The translations under genes and the position numbers were made by a program. Below are positions 41,701-55,505 of a DNA stretch of 64,000 bases, piece by piece (within the stretch, counting starts at the first letter, position 1; each line of letters starts with the position of its first letter). The stretch comes from Ylistrum balloti (taxonomy: Eukaryota): contig NW_026782484.1 of the NCBI RefSeq assembly GCF_031769215.1, positions 310,001-374,000 on the forward strand. Reading direction: 5' to 3'. The notes beneath the pieces were generated by a model, which made no database searches, was not told where the DNA came from, and worked only from the letters and a program-made list of their open reading frames with translations.

Positions 41701-43232
41701 CAAATCTAGTTTAGGTTACTTGATGAAGTCAAGTCTACTGAATTGATTTCATTCACATGAATATCTTTTGTTACTGTAGGTCATCAGAGTTAAGTTAGCT
41801 CTCCTGATTTAGTTTATGTCGTGTGGGTTGATAAGGTCTCCTGAGCTATTGTAGACCAACCAAATTAATTAAGGCCATGTCCTATATGAACCTCAACCAT
41901 TGACATAATATAATTTCAGCATTTTGAATTGTGCTTCAATTTGGATTTGAAGTCATGTGTTTCTTACTGATAAGTACATACATCATTGTTGTAATTGTAG
42001 CTGATGGTGTTGCTATGGGAGCAGCAATTATGATGCAGCGATCACACTTAACTCTAATCGTGTTTATAGCTATCATGTTACATAAGGTAAGTGTGTATAG
42101 CTTCCTGTTGTAGACTCTATATATATGTGTATAGGTATGGTGCTGATGTTGATCTGTTTTAAATGACAGTAACCATGTAACTGATACCTATAATTAGTAA
42201 TTGGTCGTATATATCATCAAACATAAGTACCTGTGTTTTCTTATAATTGTTAATTAGTAACTGTGTAATTATAGCGGTTTCTTATGAACCTGTTATTTTT
42301 CAATTGTGGTGTTACATAATGGTTTTTCAGGCATCCATTAATTAGAACTCTATTATAACATGTTTTTCAGGCACCTGTTAATTAGGAATTCTATCATAAC
42401 ATGTTTTATAGACACCTGTTAATTAGGAACTCTGTGGTGACATATTTTCAGAAACCCTAAAGAAAAATAAACATATTTTGCAGATACCATTCAATTAGGA
42501 ACCCTATGATAACTTGTTTTGCAGGCACCTGCTGCTTTTGGTTTGGTTACCTTCTTATTACACGATGGTTTTGATCGACCCAGGATACGAAGACATTTGT
42601 TAATATTTTCAGCGTCTGCTCCAATAGCCTGTATTTTTACTTATATAGGATTATCTCTTAGCCAGGTAAGATAGAATTATCTGACTATTCAACCATTAAA
42701 AGTTAAGCTGTCTGTCACTCAAGATTCTACAATTATCTAAACAATCACTCTCCATACAATAGACCTTGATTGGAGGAAATGTTACCTAGAATTATCTAAA
42801 CATGTAACCCTCATATAGTCCTAGCTGTTCACTATAAAAGATGCATTGATATCAACCAAATTAATTTGTATTTAAATTGCAGGTTGATTTTTTATATTTT
42901 TTTACAAAGTATTTGTACAATCTGATGACTTTAGGTGTTAGAGTCCTTTCGTCACTGTTAATGTTTCATTTTGTTTCTGTTTGTAGGGAAGTTTAGGAAA
43001 ACTTCATGACTTTCAAACCACAGGCATTGCCATGTTATTTAGTGCTGGGACATTTTTGTATGTGGCAACAGTACATGTTCTTCCAGAAGTGACCACTCGT
43101 CATACAAAACAGACCAATTCTGACAACACAGTGATCATTCATGAACAGAAGGGATTCCGGCCGATTGACCTAGTGGCCATAGTGACTGGTTCTGTAATAC
43201 CGGTATTGTTATCATTTGGCCATAAACATTAA
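35757..43232 (+). CDS. SLC39A9: Zinc transporter ZIP9 (319 aa)
   Basis: Exons 35757-35852, 38178-38283, 40400-40597, 41054-41140, 42001-42086, 42525-42665 and 42987-43232; all GT-AG, 960 bp in frame. Motifs [40 protein letters not shown] and [14 protein letters not shown]. Confidence 0.97.
38590..39260. mobile_element. Probable decayed Helentron/DINE-like element in ZIP9 intron 2
   Basis: 5' TCCC/TCCA-type microsatellite remnant, several degenerate internal repeats (CCCTTTGT..AA..TTGTGTCC near 38780, 38920, 39035, 39180), and a GGGGAGCATT...CTCGTGTT end. Confidence 0.45.
39310..39760. repeat. Degenerate ~290-bp direct duplication, likely transposon-internal
   Basis: CTTCTTC..AA...CAG.TATGGTAGAA.CAAAT..T..TCAT..AT.GAAGCATCTTAA occurs near 39325 and again near 39618. 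Confidence 0.55.
39995..40215. mobile_element. Degenerate MITE with imperfect terminal inverted repeats
   Basis: Left CTGTACCCTGGGATATATTTCGTCCCAGATTATTTTCGCC resembles the reverse complement of the right end GGGCGGAAAATAAATGGGGCAGAAATTGCTGGGTATACAG. Confidence 0.45.
41400..41620. repeat. Degenerate ~20-bp tandem repeat in ZIP9 intron 4
   Basis: Recurrent GGTTACCATAG.TTACTGTA-like units. Confidence 0.65.
42315..42530 (+). repeat. ~41-bp tandem repeat made of copies of the ZIP9 exon 6 acceptor
   Basis: TTTT(C/G)AG|GCACC-like junctions at 42330, 42370, 42411, 42451, 42483 and the true acceptor at 42524. Confidence 0.8.
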
Positions 43233-44612
43233 AGCATCACTACCAGCACCCTCAAATTATTTTTGTGGTCCTGTTTTAACATGCTAAATGCTCCATTTGA
43301 AAGCCTGGTGATATTGTTACTAAGCTCTTCACTTCACATTTGAAGTGGTGAGTTTAAGAGAAGCACTAAGGGAATGAAGTTCAATATATATATTGGTTGA
43401 TGTGTAGAATGTGGTCTGGAATGTCTAGAAAAAAGGAAAGTTTAGTCTACTAACAGGTGACATCAGGTAGTTTCTGAAAATATTTTGCACCTAAGGAAAC
43501 TTAAAACAGTCAATGATGCAATAGCTTTTCAACGACATCAGCTGTGGTCATTTTTATTGTTGATACTTTAAAGGTGTGTCAGAAATATTTACATATGGAT
43601 CTAAAATAATAACAGCTTGGATAGAATGTTGATATGTACACTCCTTTAAAATTGCAATATCACTATTTTTAGTTGCCAAATGATATACTTTTTTGTGACA
43701 ACAATTTGGATTATTTTAGGAAGTTGTTAGTTATTTAGAATGAGGTGGAGTAAAATAGAGGACCAATGTGTGAATGTCTGTCTTATAATTAGGAGGTAAT
43801 GGTGCAGAATTACTATTTGTAAAGAATTTTAAATGTCTAGTCTTACATTTCTCTTGATTCATTAGATTTCAATGCTGAGAAAACCTTTTGTTTCAACAGG
43901 AATGGTTTATAATGAATTTTGAATTACATTAAAAGCTTGTCACTGCTCATTTAATGAAACAGACAAACTTTCAATTTTCCCTCATATAGAGGCATTGCTC
44001 TCAGACGTCCTGTTTTTTAACTGTATTGACCAATGGAGTGGCCAGCTTGAATAGGATAATACTTTCCTGGAACCAGTGATTTATTTAAACAGTATAGACG
44101 TGTATCAAAAACAAAGGTTACATTCACAAAACAAGGAGTGTGCCAAAATGTGGGAGAGTAGTGACAAATCATTATGGGATTCAAATGCTAAATAATGTGT
44201 CTAATTTTGCACATTATTTTGTGGGTTTGTCAAGGTCGAGTATATAAGGATTTCCTTCATAAGTTTTATAATTAGGCATTTTTTGTAACTCAGTGGAATA
44301 TAGTTTTCATTTAGGGAAAAATTTTCATTGGTATTTTGTTTTGTTCTATCTGAAAATCAATGTTTTCTTCAGTGACAATCATATTTAAGAAGGAATGTGA
44401 GAAGTTAATCTTTTTAAATTTACCCTTTATCTAGACAGGTTACAAATTTAATAAAATGAGGTGAAATAAGACAACCGTATGTATATCAAGAGGACTTTGA
44501 ACAGATTTGGACTTATTCACAAAGGTTATGTTGCAAAAACTTGACCAAATCAAAGACAAGGAATGTAAAAACCATCATGCTTAAACAATGACTACCCTTG
44601 GTTGAGATTGCA

Positions 44613-45268
44613 TAGAGGTGATAGATTCTGTCTACATTACACAGTGGTGACAGATTCTGTCTATATTACACCAGAGGTGACAGATTCTGTCTACATTACA
44701 CAGAGGTGACAGATTCTGTCTACATTATACAGAGGTGACAGACTGTCTACATTATACAGAGGTGATAGATTCTGTCTACATTACACAGAGGTGACAGATT
44801 CTGTCTACATTATACAGAGGTGACAGATTCTGTCTACATTAAACTGAGAGTGATAGATTCTGTCTACATTACATACAGACGATATATTCTGTCTACATTA
44901 CACAGAGAGTGATAGATTCTGTCTACATTACACAGAGGTGACAGATTCTGTCTACATTACACAGAGATGACACTGTCTACATTACACAGAGAGTGATAGA
45001 TTCTGTCTACATTACATACAGACGATATATTCTGTCTACATTACACAGAGAGTGATAGATTCTGTCTACATTACATACAGACGATATATTCTGTCTACAT
45101 TACACAGAGAGTGATAGATTCTGTCTACATTACACAGAGAGTGATAGATTCTGTCTACATTACATACAGACGATATATTCTGTCTACATTACACAGAAAG
45201 TGATAGATTCTGTCTACATTACACAGAGGTGACAGATTCTGTCTACATTTTGCAGAGGTGGTAGATTA
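44613..45268. repeat. 29/30-bp minisatellite downstream of the ZIP9 stop
   Basis: Unit ACAGAGGTGACAGATTCTGTCTACATTAC, about 22 copies. Confidence 0.96.
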
Positions 45269-48209
45269 TGGTGTTTTACCCATGCCAGGTTTAAGCTAGT
45301 ATTCCTGTTGTGATTAAGGTTGAGATGAGTTCCTAGTCATAAAAGTTTTATGAAGTCATGTCTACAGTATATTTATAATTTATCAATGATTCAATACATT
45401 TATCATAGAGCCAGTAGGGTACAAGGCTCTGATTCTCCCACCTGTGAACATAGATGAGGGATATCTTACTTTAAATGCTTATGGGGGCATACTTAGCAAA
45501 GCTGACATTTAAAGATTCTGTCATTTAGGTAGAAATCCCCTTCCATTTTATTATTATGGTGGTTTGGGTCACAATGAAAATACACAAATAAAGGTTTTAA
45601 AGGGGTTATAAAATCATAATTGATTTTACCAGTATGCTTGAATTTATTTGATGTAAATTTGAAAACCACCATCCAGAGTATCCTTTGTTATATACATGTA
45701 AATATCTTCATTTCTTTTTTGCATTAAACTTCTAATTACTTCTTTATTTCTTCTAATTAATTCTTATATTCTATACTTCGTGGTTTTATTAAGCTATCTC
45801 CTGGACTAGAGCACCTTTGTCTTATTTATAAAAAACTTTTAAGACATCAAAAGGCATTTTACTAGTGCTCTTGCAGACAATGACTGATTACATTCATGTA
45901 GTTCGGCATTTATTGTTGATGTGACTGCTGTACATGTTATCCAGTGAATCCCTTTTAACTGAATATTGGTGTTACTTAAACATGAAGCCCAGACAAAAAT
46001 ACTCATTGGATATCAAACACAAGCCAGATATTTTAGTGGTAGTCTGACACTGACAGTTAAGGTCAGTGATGTCAGAAGTTTGATGGGCATTCATAATATA
46101 AGATATTTATTGGTGATACACCAAACCATATGTTTATGTGTGGTGTGGTTTGGTGACTTTTTTTTGGTTTGGGATTGGTATTATGTTCTTGTATTTAGTT
46201 TTATTTAACATATTTTAGAAATGTAGATATAAAGTCTTTATTTTACAATGATTGTCCTCTCACGGGAAAGAAATATATCAAAAATATATATAATGATATG
46301 TAAATTACATCTTATTCTTCAAAATACATTACAAGTAGTGTACTACTGCAATCTCATTAAGAGTGTCATCACTGTTTTTCAATTTTACCACATAACTATT
46401 ATTTGGATGTTTTCTCTCTGTTTCCTACAATCATAAACAAATTCTTTCTGAAGCTTTGCTAGTGTTATGGGATGAAGAAAGGAACAGGGAGTTCCGATTT
46501 TTCTCTACTGTATTGAGTATAGGGCAAAAAAAGCCACGTTGATCATTCTATTGAGTTTGTAAGACTTCTTTAAGTATTTTAGTGATTTGGAAGAAAATTA
46601 TTTAACTTTCAAATAAAAATTTGTATCTATAGTCCATATATCATAATACTAAAACAGATTTCTCTCCCTTAATTGGTGATAATAGTAGAATAGGCTTATT
46701 TCTCTTTCCATGTGATTGATACTATTTACCATTTCCTTTTAGTTTTTTAATTTAATTTTTTGTCCAGAAATCTTTGAGATGTCTGTTACAGACTTTTGTT
46801 TGCATCAATGGTAGATTTATCTCCCCTTACTTCTAAGTATGGATGTCAGGTTAAAGATATCTGTGTGAACATCCTTTCTCCAACTTGTTATATTCCTCTG
46901 TGGTTACCAACATTCCTAATTCAGGAAAAAGTTGAAAACAAACATCCCTTATGAAAGTACCCCTGGAAAAAGAACTACATTTGATTATCAACACCATCAT
47001 ACTTGGACACATTGTCTGTATATACATTTTGGTTGGACTTTGAATTTGGATTCATTTTACTGCTACACAGTCCCACAGTCATTAATGTTCACTAACAGGC
47101 ATGCCAATTGTAACCCATATTATTTCACCTTACTGGCTGCATCAAGAGTTCAGTTATACATCACAGATAACTACAAGTCCCATTGTCATCAAACCTAATA
47201 TACATCTTCTTCATACCGTCACGTCACAGATCCCTGTGACCTTGTTATCCACCTTGCTGATTTGGTTAGACATTGTGTTTAGCTAGTTCACAGTAGGATC
47301 AGGATGTTTGGGAGTTTTAAAAACATTTTCTTTGATATCAAATGCATTCCAAAAGTTCTCTGATTTGCCAGTGTAATGATGTGGCTGTGAAGTTGATATT
47401 AGTTTTGATATGTTCTCCTTTCGTGCTGTCTCAATCTATATTATTTTATTTCTCTTTCTATCAAAAGTGGTAATGGTATTATAATATAAATCATTTTTTT
47501 TGGTGCTCATTGTTTTTCTGGCAATATAACTGGTGAGGTTGTATACAGGTTAGGCCAGGAGTGATGTCCCAAGTATTCCATAGTCTGTGTTAGTCTGGCA
47601 TACACATAAGTGCTTTGAGCTAGGCAATTACAATGATACGATAAAAATGTTTTTGCTGACATTATTTATAGATTTTAAGTTCATTTATTATGGGCGTGAG
47701 AATATCATATTAGGAAATATTTTAAAGCATAACAAAGCTAATATCTTGTAGGAGTATGTGACCTGCCAAAAAAAAACTTTAAACTTAAAAGTTACTAGAG
47801 AGTTTTACATTTTTACAACTGTAGTTTAAAAAACACTATTGTGAAAAAATTATGCATATTTATTACTCTCTGTTTCAAATTATTTCTCAAAAAGTACTAT
47901 ATTTGTTGAAGTATAATGCTCTTTGTTTGTAAATTTGATTTTTGATGATTGCTGTTTTTTCTTTCTGATGCTCTTGTTAATGCTGATAAGCTGTTGTCAG
48001 TCTATCATGATAAATCATGTCTATTTAGCTATAACCATCCCTGAAGGGTGGCTTACATTTACTGTTTAATGTTAATTTGACTATTTATGTATTTATTACA
48101 ATGTAGTAGGAGCTTAGAGATTAACCTCTCAAACATTTGTTATTATAAAACAAGTTGGATTAGTTGATATGTAGGATTTCTCTTTATTGTATAAAACCTC
48201 TATCTAACA

Positions 48210-50000
48210 CCTGTTAGAGAGAACACCTATATATAGTCAGGAAAGCAGTCCATGTTCCATGTTAGAGAGACATCTATGTTTTGTATAACAGGACAGTAGG
48301 CCACGCTCCCTGTTAGAGAGACCATCTATGTTTTATATAGCCAGGACAGTAGGCCATGCTCCCTGTGAGAGAGACATCTATGTTTGATATAGCCAGGACA
48401 GTAGGCCATGCTCCCTGTTAGAGAGACCATCAATGTTTGATATAGCCAGGACAGTGGGCCATGCTCCCTGTCAGAGAGACCATCAATGTTTGATATAGAC
48501 AGGACAGTAGGCCATGCTCCCTGTCAGAGAGACCATCAATGTTTGATATAGCCAGGACAGTAGGCCATGCTCCCTGTTAGAGTGACATCTATGTTTGATA
48601 TAGCCAGGACAGTAGGCCGTGCTCCCTGTGAGAGAGACATCTATGTTTGATATAGCCAGGACAGTAGGCCACGCTCCCTGTTAGAGAGACCATCTATGTT
48701 TTATATAGCCAGGACAGAAGGCCGTGCTTCCTGTTAGAGACCATCTATGTTTGATATAGCCAGGACAGAAGGCCATGCTCCCTGTTAGAGAGACCATCTA
48801 TATTTAATATAGCCAGGACAGAAGGCCACGTTCCCTGTTAGAGAGACATCTATGTTTGATATAGCCAGGACAGTAGGCTATGCTCCCTGTTAGAGTGACA
48901 TCTATGTTTGATATAGCCAGGACAGTAGGCCGTGCTCCCTGTGAGAGAGACATCTATGTTTGATATAGCCAGGACAGTAGGCCATGCTCCCTGTTAGAGA
49001 GACATCTGTGTTTTGTATAACAGGACAGTAGGCCATGCTCCCTGTTAGAGAGACATCTATGTTTGATATAGCCAGGACAGTAGGCCATGCTCCTTGTTAG
49101 AGAGACCGTCAATGTTTGATATAGCCAGGACAGAAGGCCACGCTCCCTGTTAGAGAGACCATCTATATTTAATATAGCCAGGACAGTAGGCCATGCTCCT
49201 TGTTAGAGAGACCATCTGTTTGCTATAGCCAGGACAGAAGGCCGTGCTCCCTGTTAGAGACATCTATGTTTGATATAGCCAGGACAGTAGGCCATGCTCC
49301 CTGTTAGAGAGACATCTATGTTTGATATAGCCAGGACAGTAGGCCATGCTTCCTGTTAGAGAGACCATTTATGTTTGATATAGCCAGGACAGTAGGCCAT
49401 GCTCCCTGTTAGAGAGACATCTATGTTTGATATAACCAGGACAGTAGGCCATGCTCCCTGTTAGAGAGACATCTATGTTTGATATAGCCAGGACAGTAAG
49501 TAGGCCATGCTCCCTGTTAGAGAGACATCTGTGTTTTGTATAACAGGACAGTAGGCCAGGCTCCCTGTTAGAGAGACCATCTATATTTAATATAGCCAGG
49601 ACAGTAGGCCATGCTCCTTGTTAGAGAGACCATCTATGTTTGCTATAGCCAGGACAGAAGGCCGTGCTCCCTGTTAGAGACATCTATGTTTGATATAGCC
49701 AGGACAGTAGGCCATGCTCCCTGTTAGAGAGACATCTATGTTTGATATAGCCAGGACAGAAGGCCATGCTTCCTGTTAGAGAGACATCTGTGTTTTGTAT
49801 AACAGGACAGTAGGCCATGCTCCCTGTGAGAGAGACATCTATGTTTGATATAACCAGGACAGTAGGCCATGCTTCCTGTTAGAGAGACCATTTATGTTTG
49901 ATATAGCCAGGACAGTAGGCCATGCTCCCTGTTAGAGAGACATCTGTTTGATATAGCCAGGACAGAAGGCCATGCTCCTTGTTAGAGAGACGTCTATGTT
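48210..50000. repeat. 52/53-bp minisatellite (~34 copies)
   Basis: Unit ATAGCCAGGACAGTAGGCCATGCTCCCTGTTAGAGAGACATCTATGTTTGAT. Confidence 0.97.
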
Positions 50001-51317
50001 GACAGTTGGCTGTGCTAATGAACACCTGAGCTGGTCTCCAAATACATGATTGACAGTTGTATATATATTAAATGATGACCCATGATTAAATAGATAAATT
50101 AATGGAGTGTGGAGGCGATGAAAACTTTTGATTTGTGATGTATAATATGTACCTATTTGTTACTTCCCTTTATAAGGAAGTAGAGTTCCACATTGTAATC
50201 AGGACCTTGCACTAATGTAAGATAATGTGCACAGTAGTTGACTGAAAAGAATCTTTTCGTATCTAACAAAGGATACATTCAAAAGTTGTGCTGCAGCTAA
50301 TACTAACTTTGACAAGGGTAGACTTTAAATAGGGATTCCTGTTTTAGGTATTAAGTTAAATGAGTATGTTTGTGTGCGAGTAGTGTCTATATGATTAAGT
50401 AGAGAATGAAGATATGGATGTTTGAGAGCTGGAAACATTGCATTATAATTACAAGGGGTGAGGTAAACATATTCAGAGTGCACAGTTTATCAGGTAAATC
50501 AGAGAATTTAATTATGTGTGTTGCTGAAGGTGAGGAAGTGATATCATCTGGACCTTGGGTCTCAGTGTAGTAAGATGTGATAATGATGTAAGATTGATAT
50601 GTATTTAAAGTGATGTTCGTTATTGTAATTCAGACTGATTCATTTTCACTTGTGCTAAGAAATGATAACATTAATGTTACTTGTTCATTTCCATGTTGTA
50701 TTGAATGTGTGCCAATGACATTTTATGTTTTGACTGCGGTGATTTGGTCATGGTTGAATGACCTGACTGTTTGGGATATGTGGTAACTTGTAGGCATACA
50801 GTTTACAGAGATTATATGGACAGACAATAGTGTTATATTTTCCAGTTTCAGAAACGTTCCTAAATCATGGAAACTCTAAGTAAGTTTTCTCAAAGTTGAG
50901 CATCAATTAAAAAAAATCTCATTCAAGAAAGTGTTATTATGATCTGTTTTAAGTTTTTCTATGAAAAATCTGCAACAAGGTAAAATGAATAAAGAAATGG
51001 AATGTTGATGAAATTGGGACTGGTTTAACTTGAGAGTTTGACCAAGAGATAATACTAGATTATTTAGTATGTAAAACGTTATTGTCAAAAGAGGGATATC
51101 ATTTCCAGGAAGGCTTTATCATCAGCAGTCCTGGTCCTGACGGCTATTTTTGATACTACTGTTGTGTAGTTAACTATTTCATTTACAGATTGTGATAATG
51201 ATAAAATAATATTAAAAAGGAGAATATCAAATTTTGTAGTTGTTTGTTCTATTTCATTCCCTCACTATTTGTGATACCAAAGTACCCACCTTTGTTGGTT
51301 GATGCTCCCTACCCATG

Positions 51318-51480
51318 GCGGTTGGTGTTTCAAGTGCTGCGAAAGGGCCGAATTTTGCAGTCATGGTTGAATCCCCTGACAAGACACTTTACCCTCATTC
51401 CTCTGGATGACAAGCGACATGCCTCCATTTTTACTGTTCCTTGAGGTAGTCACTACCTACTACTAAGCGACCCTTTACAT
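51318..51480 (+). mobile_element. Probable tRNA-derived SINE remnant
   Basis: GC-richer island with a B-box-like GGTTGAATCCCC followed by GACAAGACACTTTACCCTCATT, resembling the post-tRNA core of invertebrate SINEs. Confidence 0.45.
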
Positions 51481-51981
51481 AAAGACCTGACTGTCCATGG
51501 GGATACAAACCTATCGAGCAATGCTATAGACTAATAAGGTTTGTTCCATTTAACATTAAAACGTTAATTTTTAAAACGATGTAACATATAAAAAATACGG
51601 ATAGGAAAGCGAGATTGTTACTATCAAGAAATGTTAAGTTTTACATGCGAAAACTATATTTTGTCAGCCGTGCTTCAAAACCGCTCCTAATGCTGATTTT
51701 AGAGAAATGTAAACAGCTGATGTAGACTTAATTTCCAGTTCAAGAGAGAATATTTGTGCTAACATTTGAAAATACACATCTGTAATTTAGAGTTGACATG
51801 GAAAGGATTTTATTACTTGTTACAAAGAGTATAAGTTTAGTCCTCTTGGACGATAAAGACAATTAAATTAAATAGGACTTTAGTCCTTATGATGGGGATA
51901 CCAATAGTCCATTGGAAGGTATTGTCACTAATCACAACAAGAAACATATCGTCAACCAGAAATTTTATCGTTATCAAGATC

Positions 51982-52201
51982 TACTGTAAAATCTTTAATT
52001 TTCGTGGGGTTTTTAATATTCGTTCATTTCATCGCTGGTACTCTTAATTTACGAATTCATATATGCAGAATCTGTCAGAATTGGTACAGAATATGTACAC
52101 TTATTGAGGTATAATTATCCACGAAGTTAAGTGTCCACAAAAAAGTAATATTTTGAAAAACGACGCGAATTGAGCACACGAAAATATATTACCTTATAGT
52201 A
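51982..52201. mobile_element. ~220-bp MITE with imperfect TIRs and TA ends
   Basis: Left TACTGTAAAATCTTTAATTTTCGTGGG versus right-end reverse complement TACTATAAGGTAATATATTTTCGTGTG. Confidence 0.6.
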
Positions 52202-54228
52202 TTTGTCTGCAATGTAGTTCACGGCTATATATCATGAAAACGTGGCTCTCATAGGGAGAGTATACCATTGATAAAATGTGATCCTGAGAATGAATGAAAG
52301 TTTTTTTTAAGGTGAGATGCCTTAATCTTACATATTCCCACAGAGTTCTTCGAAATCTGAATTCAACTTCGGAGCATATACTAAGAGGTACCGACACAAT
52401 TTTGTAACACTGGTTTAACTTGTCGAGTTTCTGATGGATATTACAGAGATTCTTGTTTAAAAGGGTAGGGTGTCGATAGAAACTAGATGAACAAAGAGTT
52501 GACAGATTAACAGACTACATCAAACATGGCGAAAAAGAAGCGATTTCCTTGACAAGCAAAGCTAGTTCTATCGTGGACGACCATCAAAACGTTGTCCGTC
52601 TAACATTACAGGAAAAAACGTTTTCACACCGGATTGTAAACTATAATTCAGAAAGTATCGTTACATATATTATTGATATAGATAGAAATCACAGAGGAGA
52701 AACATCTAATGATTATAATCTCGGGATGAATTGTATATATCTTTATAACGAGCTTACTACAAAAATGTTAATGATGTAAATTGACACTTCAAGAATCGAT
52801 ATAGAAAAACACCACTAAGCAGCTAGATCGATACTGTCAACTTTATGGATTTTCAGTTATCAATTTATTAATATGTCTTTAGTACAATTTGATCGGACCC
52901 AGGAGAAAAAAGACCAATCACAGGTTGATACGCTGGTATTGAAGAATACAAAATTACAATATACCGTTACGTGTCCTTGAGATTCGTTTGATGTACATCA
53001 ATGGATCAAACTAGTATTTTCGTTTTGTTCCTAAGGTGTCGCACGTGGAACATTCAATTTTGCCATGACATGTTCCAGGATTGTACATAGCAAGCCTTAA
53101 TAACTCCATTCAATACAAATGAAAAGATACAATACCGATGCGTCATTCTACAATTGTTTTGACCTTCAAGGACTCGGTGATGAAGCTCAGGGTTTAACTT
53201 AAACCAGTGGTCAATGGAAAATATGATTGTTGCCATTAGCAAACAGGTACATTCAAAGAGAAATAGACACTCAAAAATATCAAACTCCAGCCTGTCTTGA
53301 GAACTCTTCAGCTGTCAAACGATTGAAAATGTTTCGAAGTTTGTTTCGTGTCATACATGAAAGTAACTCTAAATTAAGATGTGTTTTCACAAGTCACCTC
53401 TTACGAAGACTTCAGAAACAAACATTCCGGTAGGCCCAATTTCCTTAATCTTGAAATTGTAGCCTTGTCTTTTCAATTTAGATTGCTTTCTTTCTGGAAA
53501 TGAAAAATGAAATAATAATCTGCTTGTAGCCACTAATGTAGTGATATTTAGAAATGTGCACGATTTCATTAACTCTAGCAATAGATGTATTTTAAATCAC
53601 AATAAGTCTTATTTGTTTTCTTAGTTCGGAGATCAAATCAACTTTCCTGTATGTATTGTAAGCTTAGATTCGTCATCACCTCTTTGTTTGTTAAATGCTG
53701 TAAATTTAATTTGTTTTTGGAGAGGTCTTAAATAATGGTGTAATAATTTGTGCCCAATCCTGTTGCTGATGATGGCAATAAAATATCTTGGACTCAACAA
53801 ATATATCAGGTCTGCGAACTTTGGCCATTCTCTAGTTTATTTTGTAGAAAGATTCAAATAACTAAATTTTGTGTGGGAATATGGAAAAAAAGATATGTTT
53901 AAAAAAGCCTCTATACTAGGGAGTGGAAGTTGTAGTTTCTTAAAAGTTCCCCTCCCTATATAACTTGATTGAGGTGTAATACTACACTGTAACACGTTGT
54001 ATGGAATTCTGTAATCCTCCTATCACCTATTTCTTTGATGCTATGTGATCTTATGTAGGTAAGTAAACACGACAGTATATTAAGTATGTAACCTATGAGA
54101 CCCGTCAAGCCAGCAACATTCATACGCGTTATTGGAGATATAATATTACGGTAGTCCTACTTACTGAGTTGTAAAGATGTATAAGGTTGTGCTGCTCCGA
54201 CACTCTACCCGGGTACTATGACACGCCC

Positions 54229-54362
54229 CCGGCCCTCCGTCACGTTACGTTATGTACGGCACGTGGAAGGGACCGATATACATGTAACAGGAAGTCACGC
54301 TACCAGACCTATATAAGGGCCAGCACCACACTTCACCGTCACATCAAGCTGACGTCCAACAG
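54229..54362 (+). promoter_or_regulatory. Core promoter and short non-coding exon 1 of Gly/Tyr-rich gene 1
   Basis: CGTCA 54238, CACGTG 54260, CAGGAAGT 54288, TATATAA 54310, Inr-like TCAC near 54340, donor AG|gtaagg at 54362. Confidence 0.75.
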
Positions 54363-55011
54363 GTAAGGTCATACATTATAATTACTTAGGACAGTAATAA
54401 TCACTGCAAAATTTCACAACTTTGCTTACTTCAGGTAATATATATCATGAAATTGGTATTGGTTTTCAATCATAGATGATATTCATTTTGATCTAGATAT
54501 GGAACTCCAGATTCACATGGTAATACATGCAGGTGTACTTGTACTTTGTATCTCTCATACAAAAACTTATTGACTTTTTTTTTATTTATCTAACAAACAA
54601 AATGTACATCATTTACAAACTTGTGTAGTGTGGTAGTGAGTAACGTAGAACAAGAAAAATCCTGAAAAGAGTTATTAAGACGGTATCCAGTGTTAAGTTA
54701 TGTCCTCATCAGAACCTTTCTGTGTATAAGTTGGTATATATTGATATATGTCTGTGATATCTGACATTCCATGTTGTAGACAACACATGTGTCGTTCTAT
54801 AGTGGTCTGTGAGGTATATTGATAATGGTTATGGTCCATGATGTCAAGTCTTCATTTCTTATCAGAATGTATATTTTGGGGATTTATTTGCTTTTTCTAT
54901 CTCTATTTCAATCAATCTGATACTATTTCTTAACACAACAACCTCTAAACCTCCTTTATTCAAATTTGTAAAAAAAAAAACATTACATTTATTTTTGTAT
55001 TTACAGTCATT

Positions 55012-55505
55012 ATGAAGTCATCATCTGCCGCACTAATTGCGATATGCTTCTGTCTCGGTGTGTCATGCGCACTGGGAGCCGGATACGGAACCGGATATAA
55101 TAGCTATGATAATTATGGAGGCGGATACAGCATGAATTATGGAAGTGGCTACGGAAGTGGTTACGGAAGTGGCTACGGACACTCCAAGGGATACGGAAAG
55201 GGATACGTCTCCTCTGAGACTATCATCAGTCAACCTTACGCCCAGCCCTTGGCCCTTCCCCCAGTACCACCAATCACAGATAACGATGGTCTTTTTGGAC
55301 TCGGCGGAGGAAGTGGACTGCTGTGTAGGTTTCCTAGATATACGCTTTATTTCATTGAAATACATTTGATATAATATTTCTTTAAACTGAAATTCATTTC
55401 GTGTTTTATGTTGCTGCTACGATCTGATGTTCTATAATGTATCTTTCATTTACAGTGCTCGGTCTGCCCCTCCTTCTCCTCTTGAGGAACTCCAACTCCG
55501 GTTAA
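55012..55505 (+). CDS. Secreted Gly/Tyr-rich structural protein 1 (120 aa; shell-matrix/adhesive-like composition)
   Basis: Exons 55012-55324 and 55456-55505. Signal peptide MKSSSAALIAICFCLGVSCA, (GYGS)n repeats, Pro-rich linker, C-terminus [28 protein letters not shown]. Confidence 0.88.

Noticed and set aside
2140-50000. Long regular arrays as possible CRISPR loci
   Set aside because: Units are head-to-tail without unique spacers, there are no cas genes, and the context is a eukaryotic intron-containing genome.
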